A stretch of DNA of 64,000 bases from an uncultured Aliiroseovarius sp. (GTDB lineage: Bacteria > Pseudomonadota > Alphaproteobacteria > Rhodobacterales > Rhodobacteraceae): NCBI RefSeq assembly GCF_947492455.1, contig NZ_CANLNB010000004.1, forward strand, positions 460,489 to 524,488, in the 5' to 3' direction. Below are positions 1 to 9,427 of this stretch, piece after piece. A model generated the notes under the pieces. That model was not told the DNA's origin, made no database searches, and saw only the letters and a program-made list of their open reading frames with translations. Within the stretch, counting starts at the first letter, position 1. Every line of letters starts with the position of its first letter. Position numbers and translations under genes: made by a program.

Positions 1-325
1 GACGCGGATCAGCAAAGGCGCCTTCGGGTGCCTCACCCAGCCCGCGGGCGGGCATGATGTCCGTCGCCTCGATCACGACATCTGCGCGCAGCTTGTACAT
101 CGTCAGGCGCTGCGCCAGCGAGCGTGCCAGATCCGTGGCCACGTCGATCAGAATGGCGTCCTTTGCCGGGACCAGCAGGAAATCCGCCAAATACTTGCCC
201 TGCGGGGTTAGCAGCGCGGCATAGACCAATCCATCCTTCAGCCCCTTCACGTCATTCGACACCAGCCCCTGCAGAAAGCTTTCCCGATCTGCGCCCGAGA
301 CCTTCAACACAGTGCGGTCTGTCAT
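1..325 (-). CDS. Folate-binding GcvT-fold protein (YgfZ-like), N-terminal part; gene runs off the left edge
   Basis: Not in ORF track (no stop in window). Manual minus-strand translation from ATG 325-323 gives MTDRTVLKVSGADRESFLQGLVSNDVKGLKDGLVYAALLTPQGKYLADFLL... AGGAGA lies 5 nt upstream (331-336). The N-terminus is typical of the YgfZ/aminomethyltransferase family. Confidence 0.7.
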   Translation of the reverse strand, partial: MTDRTVLKVSGADRESFLQGLVSNDVKGLKDGLVYAALLTPQGKYLADFLLVPAKDAILIDVATDLARSLAQRLTMYKLRADVVIEATDIMPARGLGEAPEGAFADPR

Positions 326-349
326 GTTGCTCTCCTGTGTGTCCAAGGG

Positions 350-2239
350 TCAGTCCTTGCGCTTGCGCCACAAGCTGCCCGATAGAATGCCGCGGAACGA
401 CCAGCGGGGTGGTTCCTTGGCTTCCTTGGGCAGATAGACCTTGTCTTTGTGTGTGGATGTGCTGTCCGGCGCGTCGCCACCGCCATCCTGAAACTGAAGA
501 TTATAGAGCTGCGCATAAAGGCCACCGCGCTCTAGTAACTCGTCATGGGTGCCCTGATCCACCACGCGGCCCTGATCCATCACGACGATCTTGTCGGCAT
601 CGCGCACGGTAGACAGGCGGTGCGCGATGACCAGCGTCGTGCGGCCCTTGGACAGGGTGTCCAGCGCCTGCTGTACCAGCTTCTCGGATTTCGTGTCGAG
701 CGCCGAGGTCGCCTCGTCCAACAGCAAGACCGGCGCATCGCGCAGCACCGCGCGTGCAATAGCAACCCGCTGGCGCTGTCCGCCCGACAGGTTCGAGCCA
801 CGCGGCCCAGCAGGGCTGTCCAGCCCGTGCTCCAGCCGTGGCAGGAAGTCCGCCACATGCGCCGTGTCCAGCGCGTGTTTCATCATTGCGTCGTCTACGT
901 CTTCGCGCCCCATCAGGATGTTGTCGCGCAGCGTTTCGTCAAACAGCAGTGCCTCTTGGCTAACCACCGAGAACAGCCCGCGCAGCTGATCCAGCGGCAA
1001 GGCGGTCACGTCCGCGCCGCCGATCTTGACCACGCCTGTCTTGGCATCCGCCAAACGCGTTAGCAGGTTAAACACGGTGCTTTTGCCCGCGCCGGAGGCC
1101 CCCACCAGAGCGGTGGTTTTGCCCGCCTCAGCGGTGAAGCTCGCACCACGCAGGATAGGCGTGTCGCCATAGGCAAAATTCACGTTGTCCAGCACGATAT
1201 CCGCCTGCGCGGCCTTGGCGGGCAGGGCGGCGGGTTTGGCCGGGGACAGGATCGACGGGCGCTGGGCGAAGACGTCGCGGATCCGCATCATGCTGGCCAT
1301 CGCCGCCTGCCACCCGCCGGACACTTTGCCCAGATTGCGCAGCGGATCAAAGACCAGCGCCATTGCAGTGAAGAAGCTCATGAATTCGCCCACGGTTTTT
1401 ACGCCCGCATTGATCTGCAACCCGCCATAGACCAGCACGCCGAAGAAGCCGATCGCGGCGATGATGTCGATCAGGGCCACGATGGCGCCCTGGTTGGCCT
1501 GGCTCTGTAGGTGGGTCTTGGCGAAGACGTCAATCTCGCGATCGACGCGGGATTGTTCATGCTTCTCAGTCCCCGACAGTTTGATCGAGTTGATGCCGTG
1601 GAAGATCTCGTCCAACCGGGTCGAGATTTGGGCGGCAGCTCCCCGGCTGTCTGTCGTCGTCTTGCGCACGCGCTTTTGCAGGATGCCCATTGGGTAGGTC
1701 AGGACGGGCGCAGCCGCCACGGCCACAACGACCCACAGCCAGTCGATCGACATGGCAACCCCCAGAAGGGCCAACAGGGATACGACGTCGCGAGCGACGG
1801 CGGCCAGCACGACCTCCCAGATGGTGGCAATGGCCTGCGCATCTCCGCGCACGCGCTCCATCAGCGTGCCGGGCGAGTTGTCGCGGAAATAGCTGCTGTC
1901 CAATGTCAGCATATGCGCCACCATGTCCGATTGCAGTTTCGCGGCCACGCGTTGGCCCACATGGACCATCAACACACGGTGTCCGAAGGCAGCGAACGCG
2001 CGGGTGACGAAGATGCCCGCGACGATCAGGGCGACGACGACGATGGCTTGGGTCGACCCGGACGAGAACGCCACATCAAACATCGGCTTGATCATGTAGC
2101 TTAGGCCACCCAGCGCCAGCCCTTCGGTCAGCATCAACAGCATCGCCAGCACCAAAGGCAGGCGATAGGCGCGCATATAGCCCTTCCACAGCCATCGGAT
2201 CATCTCTTTCTGGTCGGTGCGGGCAGTGTCAGAACTCAT
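350..2239 (-). CDS. Fused permease/ATPase ABC exporter (MsbA-like)
   Basis: 629 aa with six N-terminal TM segments. Walker A GASGAGKST, signature LSGGQRQR, Walker B LLLDEATSALD. Confidence 0.9.
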   Translation of the reverse strand: MSSDTARTDQKEMIRWLWKGYMRAYRLPLVLAMLLMLTEGLALGGLSYMIKPMFDVAFSSGSTQAIVVVALIVAGIFVTRAFAAFGHRVLMVHVGQRVAAKLQSDMVAHMLTLDSSYFRDNSPGTLMERVRGDAQAIATIWEVVLAAVARDVVSLLALLGVAMSIDWLWVVVAVAAAPVLTYPMGILQKRVRKTTTDSRGAAAQISTRLDEIFHGINSIKLSGTEKHEQSRVDREIDVFAKTHLQSQANQGAIVALIDIIAAIGFFGVLVYGGLQINAGVKTVGEFMSFFTAMALVFDPLRNLGKVSGGWQAAMASMMRIRDVFAQRPSILSPAKPAALPAKAAQADIVLDNVNFAYGDTPILRGASFTAEAGKTTALVGASGAGKSTVFNLLTRLADAKTGVVKIGGADVTALPLDQLRGLFSVVSQEALLFDETLRDNILMGREDVDDAMMKHALDTAHVADFLPRLEHGLDSPAGPRGSNLSGGQRQRVAIARAVLRDAPVLLLDEATSALDTKSEKLVQQALDTLSKGRTTLVIAHRLSTVRDADKIVVMDQGRVVDQGTHDELLERGGLYAQLYNLQFQDGGGDAPDSTSTHKDKVYLPKEAKEPPRWSFRGILSGSLWRKRKD

Positions 2240-2922
2240 TACTTTTTCCGTTTCGCCTGAAAGGCTTGGGTGATTGCCTCGGGGTCATAGTGCTGTGTCA
2301 GCCAATCCCGGATCGAGATCGGGTCGTTCTTGTAGTGATCGGCATAGGCATTGATCATCGCAGTTAGAATACCCGCTTTCGACCAGCGTTGGTGGGCGTA
2401 TTTCAAGGACAGCTGCGCGCGCGCGTCGTCAACCGCCGCGCCACATTGGTCCAACAGATAAAGCGCCGACGCGATGCCGGTGCGATCTGCGCCGGATTTG
2501 CAGTGGATCAGAAACGGCTTTTCGGCGCGTTCCATGATGTTCAGCAACTCCAAATAAACCTCACGCTCCATCGCAGCGTAGGCGGTCATCTGGTGATCGA
2601 TCAACGTCATGCCATAGTCGCGGCAGGCTTCGACCTCGAACAGATAGTGCGAGAATTTGCTCTCGCCCCGCAGGTTGATCACGGTCTTGATCCCGGCCGC
2701 TTTCAGCGCCGGAAAATGCACCGGATCGGGCTGGTTCGACCGCCACGCATCGGGCGACAGCTGATAGCGATTGGGCAGAACCCGGCGCACGAAGGAATGG
2801 TCGATGATGTTGCTGCGCAGCCGTGCTGCACGCCGTGCTTCGGGCGTCGAGATGTCCATCCCGAACCCGTTCTTCCACGCACGTTCGCGTCGTTTGATCT
2901 TGGCATACAAGCTCTTGAACAT
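2239..2922 (-). CDS. Tyrosine/dual-specificity phosphatase family protein
   Basis: CX5R active-site loop IHCKSGADRTG. Start moved to the first ATG (MFKSLYAKIK...), because the track start at 2994 is a TTG. The stop overlaps the ABC exporter start (TAATG). Confidence 0.75.
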   Translation of the reverse strand: MFKSLYAKIKRRERAWKNGFGMDISTPEARRAARLRSNIIDHSFVRRVLPNRYQLSPDAWRSNQPDPVHFPALKAAGIKTVINLRGESKFSHYLFEVEACRDYGMTLIDHQMTAYAAMEREVYLELLNIMERAEKPFLIHCKSGADRTGIASALYLLDQCGAAVDDARAQLSLKYAHQRWSKAGILTAMINAYADHYKNDPISIRDWLTQHYDPEAITQAFQAKRKK

Positions 2923-3078
2923 GCGGTTTCGGTCCAGATCTGAGTTTCCGCCCAAAAGGGTACCTACGGGATGTAGCTTGTCCGCGCGCCACAAACAAGA
3001 AGGTGGCCCTGACTACGGCGTTGACGCAATTGGGATGGCGCATTACCGCTTGAGGTCTGAGAAGTGAAAGAGCCCCCC

Positions 3079-4278
3079 ATGTCCCTATCCCACGGTCGTT
3101 CCTATCTGGCCATTCCCGGCCCCTCGGTCATGCCGGACCGCGTGCTGCAAGCCATGCATCGCGCGGCCCCGAACATCTATGCGGGCGAGGTCGTGGACAT
3201 GATGCCGGGGCTGATTGGCGGGCTGAAATCGGTCGCCCGCACCCGGCATCACGCGGTGATCTATATCGCCAATGGCCACGGTGCGTGGGAAGCGGCGCTG
3301 TCCAACACGCTGGCGCCCGGCGACAAGGTGTTGTCGCTATGCACCGGGCGGTTCGGACATGGTTGGAGTGAAATGGCGAGCGGGCTGGGTATCGATCCGG
3401 TGATCGAGGAGTTCGGTTTGAAAACCCCCGTTGATCCCACCCGTGTTGAGGCGCTTTTGCGCGCCGACACTGCACATGCGTTGAAGGCGGTTCTGCTGAC
3501 CCATGTGGATACGTCGACGTCGATCCGGAACGACGTGGCGGCAGTGCGCGCGGCGATGGATGCTGCGGGCCACCCAGCACTGTTGATGGTGGATTGTATC
3601 GCCTCGATGGGCTGTGACCGGTTCGAGATGGACGAGTGGGGCGTGGATGTCGCCATCGCGGCCTCGCAAAAGGGGCTGATGGTGCCGCCGGGCATGGGGT
3701 TTGTGTTCTTTAATGATAAGGCCGCGACCGCCCGTGCCGCCAATCCCCGCGTGTCGCGCTATTGGGATTGGGAACCGCGCGCCAATCCGGAGCTCTTCTA
3801 TCAGTATTTCGGTGGTACCGCCCCGACACATCACCTCTATGACCTGCGGGAATCTTTGGCGATGATTGCAGATGAAGGCGGGATGGAGGCTGTATGGGCG
3901 CGTCACACCCATCTGGCCCGCGCGATCTGGGCGGCGTTTGACGCGTGGGGGGCGGATGGCCCGTTGCAGATGAACGTGACCGATCCCGCGCATCGCTCGA
4001 CCGCTGTGACCTCGCTGCATGTCGGTGCGCCACACGGCACCGCGCTGCGCAACTGGACCGAGCAGAACATGGGCGTCACACTGGGTATTGGCCTTGGTAT
4101 GTCCACGCCCGAAGACCCCCACGGCGACGGATTTTTCCGTTTGGGCCATATGGGGCATGTGAACGCGCCGATGGTGATGGGCGCGCTGTCCGCCATTCAG
4201 TCGGGCCTGACCGCGCTGGGCATCCCGCATGGTGCGGGCGCGCTGGACGCTGCGGCGCAGGTGATCGCCGAAGTCTAA
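3079..4278 (+). CDS. Class V PLP aminotransferase (serine/alanine-glyoxylate aminotransferase type)
   Basis: N-terminus ...YLAIPGPSVMPDRVLQAM and PLP-lysine context AASQKGLMVPPG. ATG at 3079 preferred over the GTG at 3064. Confidence 0.85.
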   Translation: MSLSHGRSYLAIPGPSVMPDRVLQAMHRAAPNIYAGEVVDMMPGLIGGLKSVARTRHHAVIYIANGHGAWEAALSNTLAPGDKVLSLCTGRFGHGWSEMASGLGIDPVIEEFGLKTPVDPTRVEALLRADTAHALKAVLLTHVDTSTSIRNDVAAVRAAMDAAGHPALLMVDCIASMGCDRFEMDEWGVDVAIAASQKGLMVPPGMGFVFFNDKAATARAANPRVSRYWDWEPRANPELFYQYFGGTAPTHHLYDLRESLAMIADEGGMEAVWARHTHLARAIWAAFDAWGADGPLQMNVTDPAHRSTAVTSLHVGAPHGTALRNWTEQNMGVTLGIGLGMSTPEDPHGDGFFRLGHMGHVNAPMVMGALSAIQSGLTALGIPHGAGALDAAAQVIAEV

Positions 4279-4316
4279 CGTGCCGGGAACGCACCTTGTG
4301 CTACATGGTATTTGTT

Positions 4317-4413
4317 GGCTCACGTTGTGAGCCTGATGGGGCTTTGCCCCCGAGCGATCTTCCTTTGGAAGATCCCTCTCCCCCAAGGTATTGTGGGCAA
4401 GAGGAAAGTGGGA
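4317..4413 (+). repeat. Intergenic structured repeat, copy A (see copy B at 51219)
   Basis: GGCTCAC-GTT-GTGAGCC hairpin, TGA, GGGGCTTTGCCCC hairpin, GATCTTCC-TTT-GGAAGATC hairpin, then CCCCAAGGTATT and a CAAGAGGAAAGTGGG tail. The same module order occurs at 51219-51302. Confidence 0.6.
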
Positions 4414-4421
4414 GGGTCGGG

Positions 4422-5534
4422 CTATTTTCTGGCGGATGCGAGCGCTTTGGGGAGGGCGGCGGCGAAGGTGTCCAACTCCTCGGGCCGGCCTGCCGAAATG
4501 CGGATGCAGCGGTTTTGCGGGGCGGCAAAGGGCATGCGGACGAAGACGTCCAGCGCAATGAGCTGATCCAAGACCGCCTTGGCGAACGCCGCATCCTGTC
4601 CGCAATCCACGGCTACGAAATTGGTGGCTGAGGGCAGGGTGGTTAGCCCGCCCGCGCGCGCGATCTGGTCAATTCGGGCGCGGGCTTCGGCCACATTCGC
4701 GACCACCTGCGAAAGATACTCCTGATCCTTCAAAGCGGCCAACGCGCCTGCCTGAGACATCCGGCACATGCCGAAATGGTTGCGGATCTTGTTGAAGGCG
4801 GTGATCAGGTCGGCCTGTCCAATCGCATAGCCAACCCGCGCGCCCGCCATCCCGTACGCTTTCGAGAATGTGCGCATACGGATCACGCGCGGATCGTCTG
4901 TGTTCAGCGCAGGCGCGGTGCCTTCCGGAGCAAATTCGATATAGGCCTCGTCCAGCACCAGTAGGCAGCCCTCGGGCACCGCGTCGATCATGCGCTGAAT
5001 GGTCTCGGCATCATGCCAGGTTCCCATCGGGTTGTCCGGGTTGGCGATGTAAACCAGCTTGGCACCGACCTCGACCGCCTTGGCGATCAGCGCCACGGGG
5101 TCTTCGTGATCGTCCTTATAGGGAACTGTTTCCAGCACGCCCCCAAAGCCCGCGACGTGGTAGTTGAAGGTCGGATAGGCCCCTTGCGACGTCACGACCG
5201 TGTCGCCCGGTCCAATGAGTAGTCGCACCAGATAGCCAAGGATCCCGTCGATCCCTTCGCCCACCAGAATGCTTTCCGGTGCGATGCCGTGGTGGTCGGC
5301 CAGCGCATGACGCAGGTCGTAGTTTTCCGGGTCGCCATACATCCAGACATCACCTGCTGCGGCTTGCATCGCAGCAATCGCGCGCGGGGAGGGGCCAAAC
5401 GTGTTCTCATTCGCGCCCAGCCGTGCCGCAAACACACGCCCGCGGGCGCGTTCCTGCGTTTCGGGACCGACGAAGGGTACGGTTGCAGGAAGGCTGTCGG
5501 CAAGCGGGGTCAGGCGGGCATGGGTCTTGGTCAT
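4422..5534 (-). CDS. hisC: Histidinol-phosphate aminotransferase family (class II PLP aminotransferase)
   Basis: LGANENTFGPSP motif and SKAYGMAGARVGY PLP-lysine region. Start set to ATG at 5534 (MTKTHARL...), because the track TTG at 5588 lies inside the valS terminator T-tract. Confidence 0.8.
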   Translation of the reverse strand: MTKTHARLTPLADSLPATVPFVGPETQERARGRVFAARLGANENTFGPSPRAIAAMQAAAGDVWMYGDPENYDLRHALADHHGIAPESILVGEGIDGILGYLVRLLIGPGDTVVTSQGAYPTFNYHVAGFGGVLETVPYKDDHEDPVALIAKAVEVGAKLVYIANPDNPMGTWHDAETIQRMIDAVPEGCLLVLDEAYIEFAPEGTAPALNTDDPRVIRMRTFSKAYGMAGARVGYAIGQADLITAFNKIRNHFGMCRMSQAGALAALKDQEYLSQVVANVAEARARIDQIARAGGLTTLPSATNFVAVDCGQDAAFAKAVLDQLIALDVFVRMPFAAPQNRCIRISAGRPEELDTFAAALPKALASARK

Positions 5535-5586
5535 GCTTTTGTTAGAGCAGGGCGCAGGCAGACGGGCAAGGTTGAAATGACGCGCC

Positions 5587-5613
5587 AAAAGAAAAGGCCG
5601 GGTTGCCCCGGCC
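5587..5613 (-). terminator. Rho-independent terminator after valS
   Basis: Minus strand reads GGCCGGGG-CAA-CCCGGCC followed by TTTTCTTTTGG. Confidence 0.75.
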
Positions 5614-5619
5614 AGTCCA

Positions 5620-8600
5620 TTAGATTTCTTTCAGACGATCGAGTGCGGCGTTCAACGTCGCCTCTTCCTCTTCCCGGGCGGCGAGGTTCGCCTTGGTCTC
5701 GGCCAGAACCTCAGCCGGGGCGTTTTCTGCGAATTTCGGGTTCTTCAGACGGCCGCGCAGACCACCCAGTTCCTTGGCCAGCTTGCCCAGCGTCTTCTCA
5801 AGCCGCGCGATTTCTTCGTCCACGTCGATGATCTCGGCCAGAGGCAGGGCGAAGATGCCACCTGCCACGGCGACCGTGATGCAGCCCTTGGGCAGCTCGG
5901 CCATTTCTGTGATCGAATCCACACGCGCCATACGCATCACCAGCGCTTGGTTATTTTCCAAGGCAGTGCGTCCAGCCGCGTCCAGTTCCTGCTGGATCAC
6001 CGGGATTTTCAGACCTGCGGGGACGTGCATCTGCGAACGGGCAGAACGGATGTTTTCGATCAGCGAGATCACCCAGTTCATTTCGCGCGCGGCGTCTTCG
6101 TCCGTCAGCTCGGCGCCATATTCCGGCCAATCGGCGTGGATCAGCATCTTCGGGCGCTCGGCGATCTGGCCCCACAGCTCTTCGGTCACGAACGGCATGA
6201 TCGGGTGCAGCATGATCAGGCACTGGTCGATGACCCATGCCATGGTCGCGCGGGTCTCGGCGACTACAGCCGCGTCATCCGAGTTCAGAAGCGGCTTCGA
6301 GAACTCGACATACCAGTCGCACACCTTGCCCCAGACATATGCATAAAGCCCGTGTGCGGCGTCGTTGAAACGATAGGCGGTCAGCGCGGCGTCCACATCT
6401 TCGCGGATCTTCGCGGTTTCCGAGATTATCCAGCGGTTCACCGTCTGCGTCGGGCTTTTCGGATCGAAATCCGCGACCGGTTTACAGTCGTTCATTTCGG
6501 CGAAACGTGCAGCATTCCAAAGTTTGGTGCCGAAATTCCGGTAACCAGCCACGCGATCCTTGGACATTTTCAACACGCCGCCGATGGATGCCATAGCGGT
6601 GTTGGTAAACCGCAACGCGTCCGCACCGTATTCGTCAATGATCTCGAGCGGATCGATCACATTGCCCGTGGTCTTGGACATTTTCTTGCCCTTCTCGTCA
6701 CGGACCAACCCGTGCAGATAGACCGTGTGGAACGGGTTTTTGTGGCAGACAGCCTGAGACATCATCATCATACGCGCGACCCAGAAGAACAGAATGTCCT
6801 GACCTGTGATCAGCACGTCACCTGGGAAGAAGCGGTTAAGCTCGTCCGTGTCCTGAGGCCAGCCCAGCGTGCCAAAGGGCCACAGGCCAGACGAGAACCA
6901 TGTGTCGAGCACGTCGGGGTCACGCCAGACCGGGTAGACCAGCTTGGTGGGATCCTGCGATGTCTCATAGGCTGCAAGGCTTTCAGCCAGCATGTGAATG
7001 GCTTCGGCACGGGTGGCCACTTCGACCACACGAGCGTGGTTGAGCGGCGCGGGCAGCATGACCAGAACCTCGTCAAACTTCGGCGCGACCGCGTCGAAGT
7101 CATGGGCACAGTGGCTGTGCTCGTGACCCGGCAGAAGGTCTTGGTCCAGAAGCAGACGGCCCATTTCGACCAGGTCAAGTTCGTTATCGTTCTCGTCGTC
7201 CTTGAAACCTTGGCCGGACAGATCAAGGCCGTACCAAACGGGCACCTGATGGCCCCACCACAACTGACGCGAGATACACCACGGCTCGATGTTTTCCAGC
7301 CAGTGATAGAAGGTTTTCTCGCCGCTTTCAGGCAGAATTTTCACGTCGCCGTTGCGCACCGCGTCCAGCGCGGGGCCGGCGATCTTCTCAGCGTCCACGA
7401 ACCATTGGTCGGTCAGCATCGGCTCAATGACGACTTTCGAGCGGTCGCCGAAGGGCTGCATGATCGGCTTGTTTTCGACGTAAGGCACGGTGCCGGTGAC
7501 CTCTTCACCGTCGACCTCGACGGTTTTGGTGATCATCACGGCGAGACCTTCTGCGGTGATCTGATCGACTACCAGCTTACGGGCCTCGAACCGGTCCAGC
7601 CCGCGGAATTCATCCGGGACAAGGTTCATCGCGGCGATCTTCGCCTCGTCAAAGGTTTCTTCGCCGTTCGCAATGCGCTGGGCGGTCGCCGCTTCGTCCG
7701 CATAGGGCAGGCCATCGGCCCGCATCGCGCCGCGTGTGTCCATCAGCGAATACATCGGGATGCCGCCGCGCTTGGCAACCTGATAGTCGTTGAAGTCATG
7801 CGCGCCGGTGATCTTCACGGCACCAGACCCGAAATTCATGTCCGGGTATTCATCGGTGATGATGGGGATCAGGCGGCGATGCTCTTTCGGACCAACAGGG
7901 ATTTCACAGAGCTTGCCCACGATGGGCGCATAGCGTTCGTCATCGGGGTGCACGGCAACAGCGCCGTCGCCCAGCATGGTTTCCGGTCGGGTCGTTGCGA
8001 TCGAGATATAGTCGCGCTCTTCTTCCAGCGTGATATTCCCGTCTTCGTCCTTCTCGACATAGGTATAGGTCGCACCACCGGCCAACGGGTATTTGAAGTG
8101 CCACATGTGGCCCGGGGTCTCGATATTCTCGACCTCAAGATCCGAGATTGCGGTTTCGAAATGCGGGTCCCAGTTGACCAGACGCTTGCCGCGATAGATC
8201 AGGCCTTTGTCGTACATATCGACGAAGACCTTCAGAACGGCATCGTGGAAGTTGGCAGAGTTCTCGTGACCCGTACGCGGATCGCCCGGAGCACCGGCCA
8301 TGGTGAAGGCGTTGCGGGACCAGTCGCAGGTCGAGCCCAGACGCTTCAGCTGTTCGATGATGGTCGAGCCGTATTCGCCCTTCCATTCCCAGACCTTCTC
8401 GAGAAACTTCTCGCGGCCCAGATCACGGCGACCGGGCTGCTGGGTTTCGGCCAGCATCTTTTCGACCTGAAGCTGGGTGGCGATGCCTGCGTGGTCCTGA
8501 CCGGGCTGCCACAGCGTGTCAAAGCCCCGCATACGGTGCCAGCGGATCAGGATGTCCTGCAGCGTGTTGTTGAACGCGTGGCCAAGGTGCAGCGCGCCCG

Positions 8601-8745
8601 TCACGTTGGGCGGCGGGATCATGATGGTGAAGCTGTCGGCGCCGGGTTTGGCATTTGCGCCGGCTTTGAAGGCGCCAGCCTCTTCCCAGGTCTGATAGAT
8701 GCGTGCTTCGGCAGAGGCTGCGTCGAAGGTCTTGTCCATGGCCAT
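5620..8745 (-). CDS. valS: Valine--tRNA ligase
   Basis: About 1040 aa. HIGH-type motif [19 protein letters not shown] motif KMSKTTGN, C-terminal coiled coil. Start at MAMDKTFD (8745) rather than the upstream ATG at 8766. Confidence 0.97.
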   Translation of the reverse strand: MAMDKTFDAASAEARIYQTWEEAGAFKAGANAKPGADSFTIMIPPPNVTGALHLGHAFNNTLQDILIRWHRMRGFDTLWQPGQDHAGIATQLQVEKMLAETQQPGRRDLGREKFLEKVWEWKGEYGSTIIEQLKRLGSTCDWSRNAFTMAGAPGDPRTGHENSANFHDAVLKVFVDMYDKGLIYRGKRLVNWDPHFETAISDLEVENIETPGHMWHFKYPLAGGATYTYVEKDEDGNITLEEERDYISIATTRPETMLGDGAVAVHPDDERYAPIVGKLCEIPVGPKEHRRLIPIITDEYPDMNFGSGAVKITGAHDFNDYQVAKRGGIPMYSLMDTRGAMRADGLPYADEAATAQRIANGEETFDEAKIAAMNLVPDEFRGLDRFEARKLVVDQITAEGLAVMITKTVEVDGEEVTGTVPYVENKPIMQPFGDRSKVVIEPMLTDQWFVDAEKIAGPALDAVRNGDVKILPESGEKTFYHWLENIEPWCISRQLWWGHQVPVWYGLDLSGQGFKDDENDNELDLVEMGRLLLDQDLLPGHEHSHCAHDFDAVAPKFDEVLVMLPAPLNHARVVEVATRAEAIHMLAESLAAYETSQDPTKLVYPVWRDPDVLDTWFSSGLWPFGTLGWPQDTDELNRFFPGDVLITGQDILFFWVARMMMMSQAVCHKNPFHTVYLHGLVRDEKGKKMSKTTGNVIDPLEIIDEYGADALRFTNTAMASIGGVLKMSKDRVAGYRNFGTKLWNAARFAEMNDCKPVADFDPKSPTQTVNRWIISETAKIREDVDAALTAYRFNDAAHGLYAYVWGKVCDWYVEFSKPLLNSDDAAVVAETRATMAWVIDQCLIMLHPIMPFVTEELWGQIAERPKMLIHADWPEYGAELTDEDAAREMNWVISLIENIRSARSQMHVPAGLKIPVIQQELDAAGRTALENNQALVMRMARVDSITEMAELPKGCITVAVAGGIFALPLAEIIDVDEEIARLEKTLGKLAKELGGLRGRLKNPKFAENAPAEVLAETKANLAAREEEEATLNAALDRLKEI

Positions 8746-9013
8746 GGTGGTCGTCCCAAATCTCATAAATCAAAGACCGTTTACCCAAGTGGGCGGCAAA
8801 GGGAAACCCCGCCTGCGCCCAAGGGGTCGGGGAATGGTGAAATTGACTGGATTGACCGGGAGATCGGGGGTTATCCGGAAATGGTTAACGAATGAAAGGG
8901 TTGGATGGGGTTTTGACAAATTGATGCCATATTCAACCCGTAGCAGTTCGGGCCACGCGACGGATCAATCTATGCTGTCTGACGGAAACCCGGATCAACA
9001 GGCGAATACACAT

Positions 9014-9352
9014 ATGAAAAAAGCACTCCTTCTTTTGGCGTTCACCCCCACTATGGCTCTGGCACAGGAACAGACCTTCAATTGCGAGGTTCCGAACGGA
9101 AATCTACCTGAAATGGCCGTGACCTTGGTGGCGATTGACGGTGGCAAGGATGGATATCTGATGATGGGTGGCGAAAAGAAGACGGCCAGTGTCTATCCCG
9201 GTCTGGATTCGGTGACGTATCTGATGTTCAGCGACGACTACAGCTATACGCTGCACTACAATGTGAACCTGAAAGACGGACACTATGACTTCTCTGCCTC
9301 GGGTGCCAAGTCGGGCTGGGGACGCGGAACCTGCACGGAAGTGACGGGCTAA
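9014..9352 (+). CDS. Small secreted hypothetical protein (signal peptide, Cys pair)
   Basis: MKKALLLLAFTPTMALAQE signal peptide, with Cys near both ends of the mature protein. The track ORF 8699-9352 has an N-terminal extension I consider non-coding. Confidence 0.5.
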   Translation: MKKALLLLAFTPTMALAQEQTFNCEVPNGNLPEMAVTLVAIDGGKDGYLMMGGEKKTASVYPGLDSVTYLMFSDDYSYTLHYNVNLKDGHYDFSASGAKSGWGRGTCTEVTG

Positions 9353-9370
9353 CCTACTCCGAGAATTGAC

Positions 9371-9405
9371 AAACGCCCGGTCAAGCGCTGGGCGTTTTGC
9401 TTTTA
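9371..9405 (+). terminator. Hairpin terminator between convergent genes (likely bidirectional)
   Basis: AAACGCCC...GGGCGTTT 8-bp stem followed by TGCTTTTAT. Confidence 0.7.
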
Positions 9406-9427
9406 TGCCTGTCCGCTGTACTTGTGT

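Noticed and set aside
4312-4566. 84-aa ORF (MLAHVVSLMGLCPRAIFLWK...) and other small ORFs crossing the intergenic repeat
   Set aside because: It reads straight through the hairpin modules of the repeat element and into the antisense of hisC. It is most likely a repeat-generated pseudo-ORF.
5947-8895. 982-aa ORF on the plus strand, the longest plus-strand ORF in the track
   Set aside because: It lies entirely antisense to valS, whose identity is unambiguous. The translation is Arg/Gly/His/Val-rich and low-complexity, with no motifs. This is the typical stop-codon-poor antisense frame of high-GC DNA.
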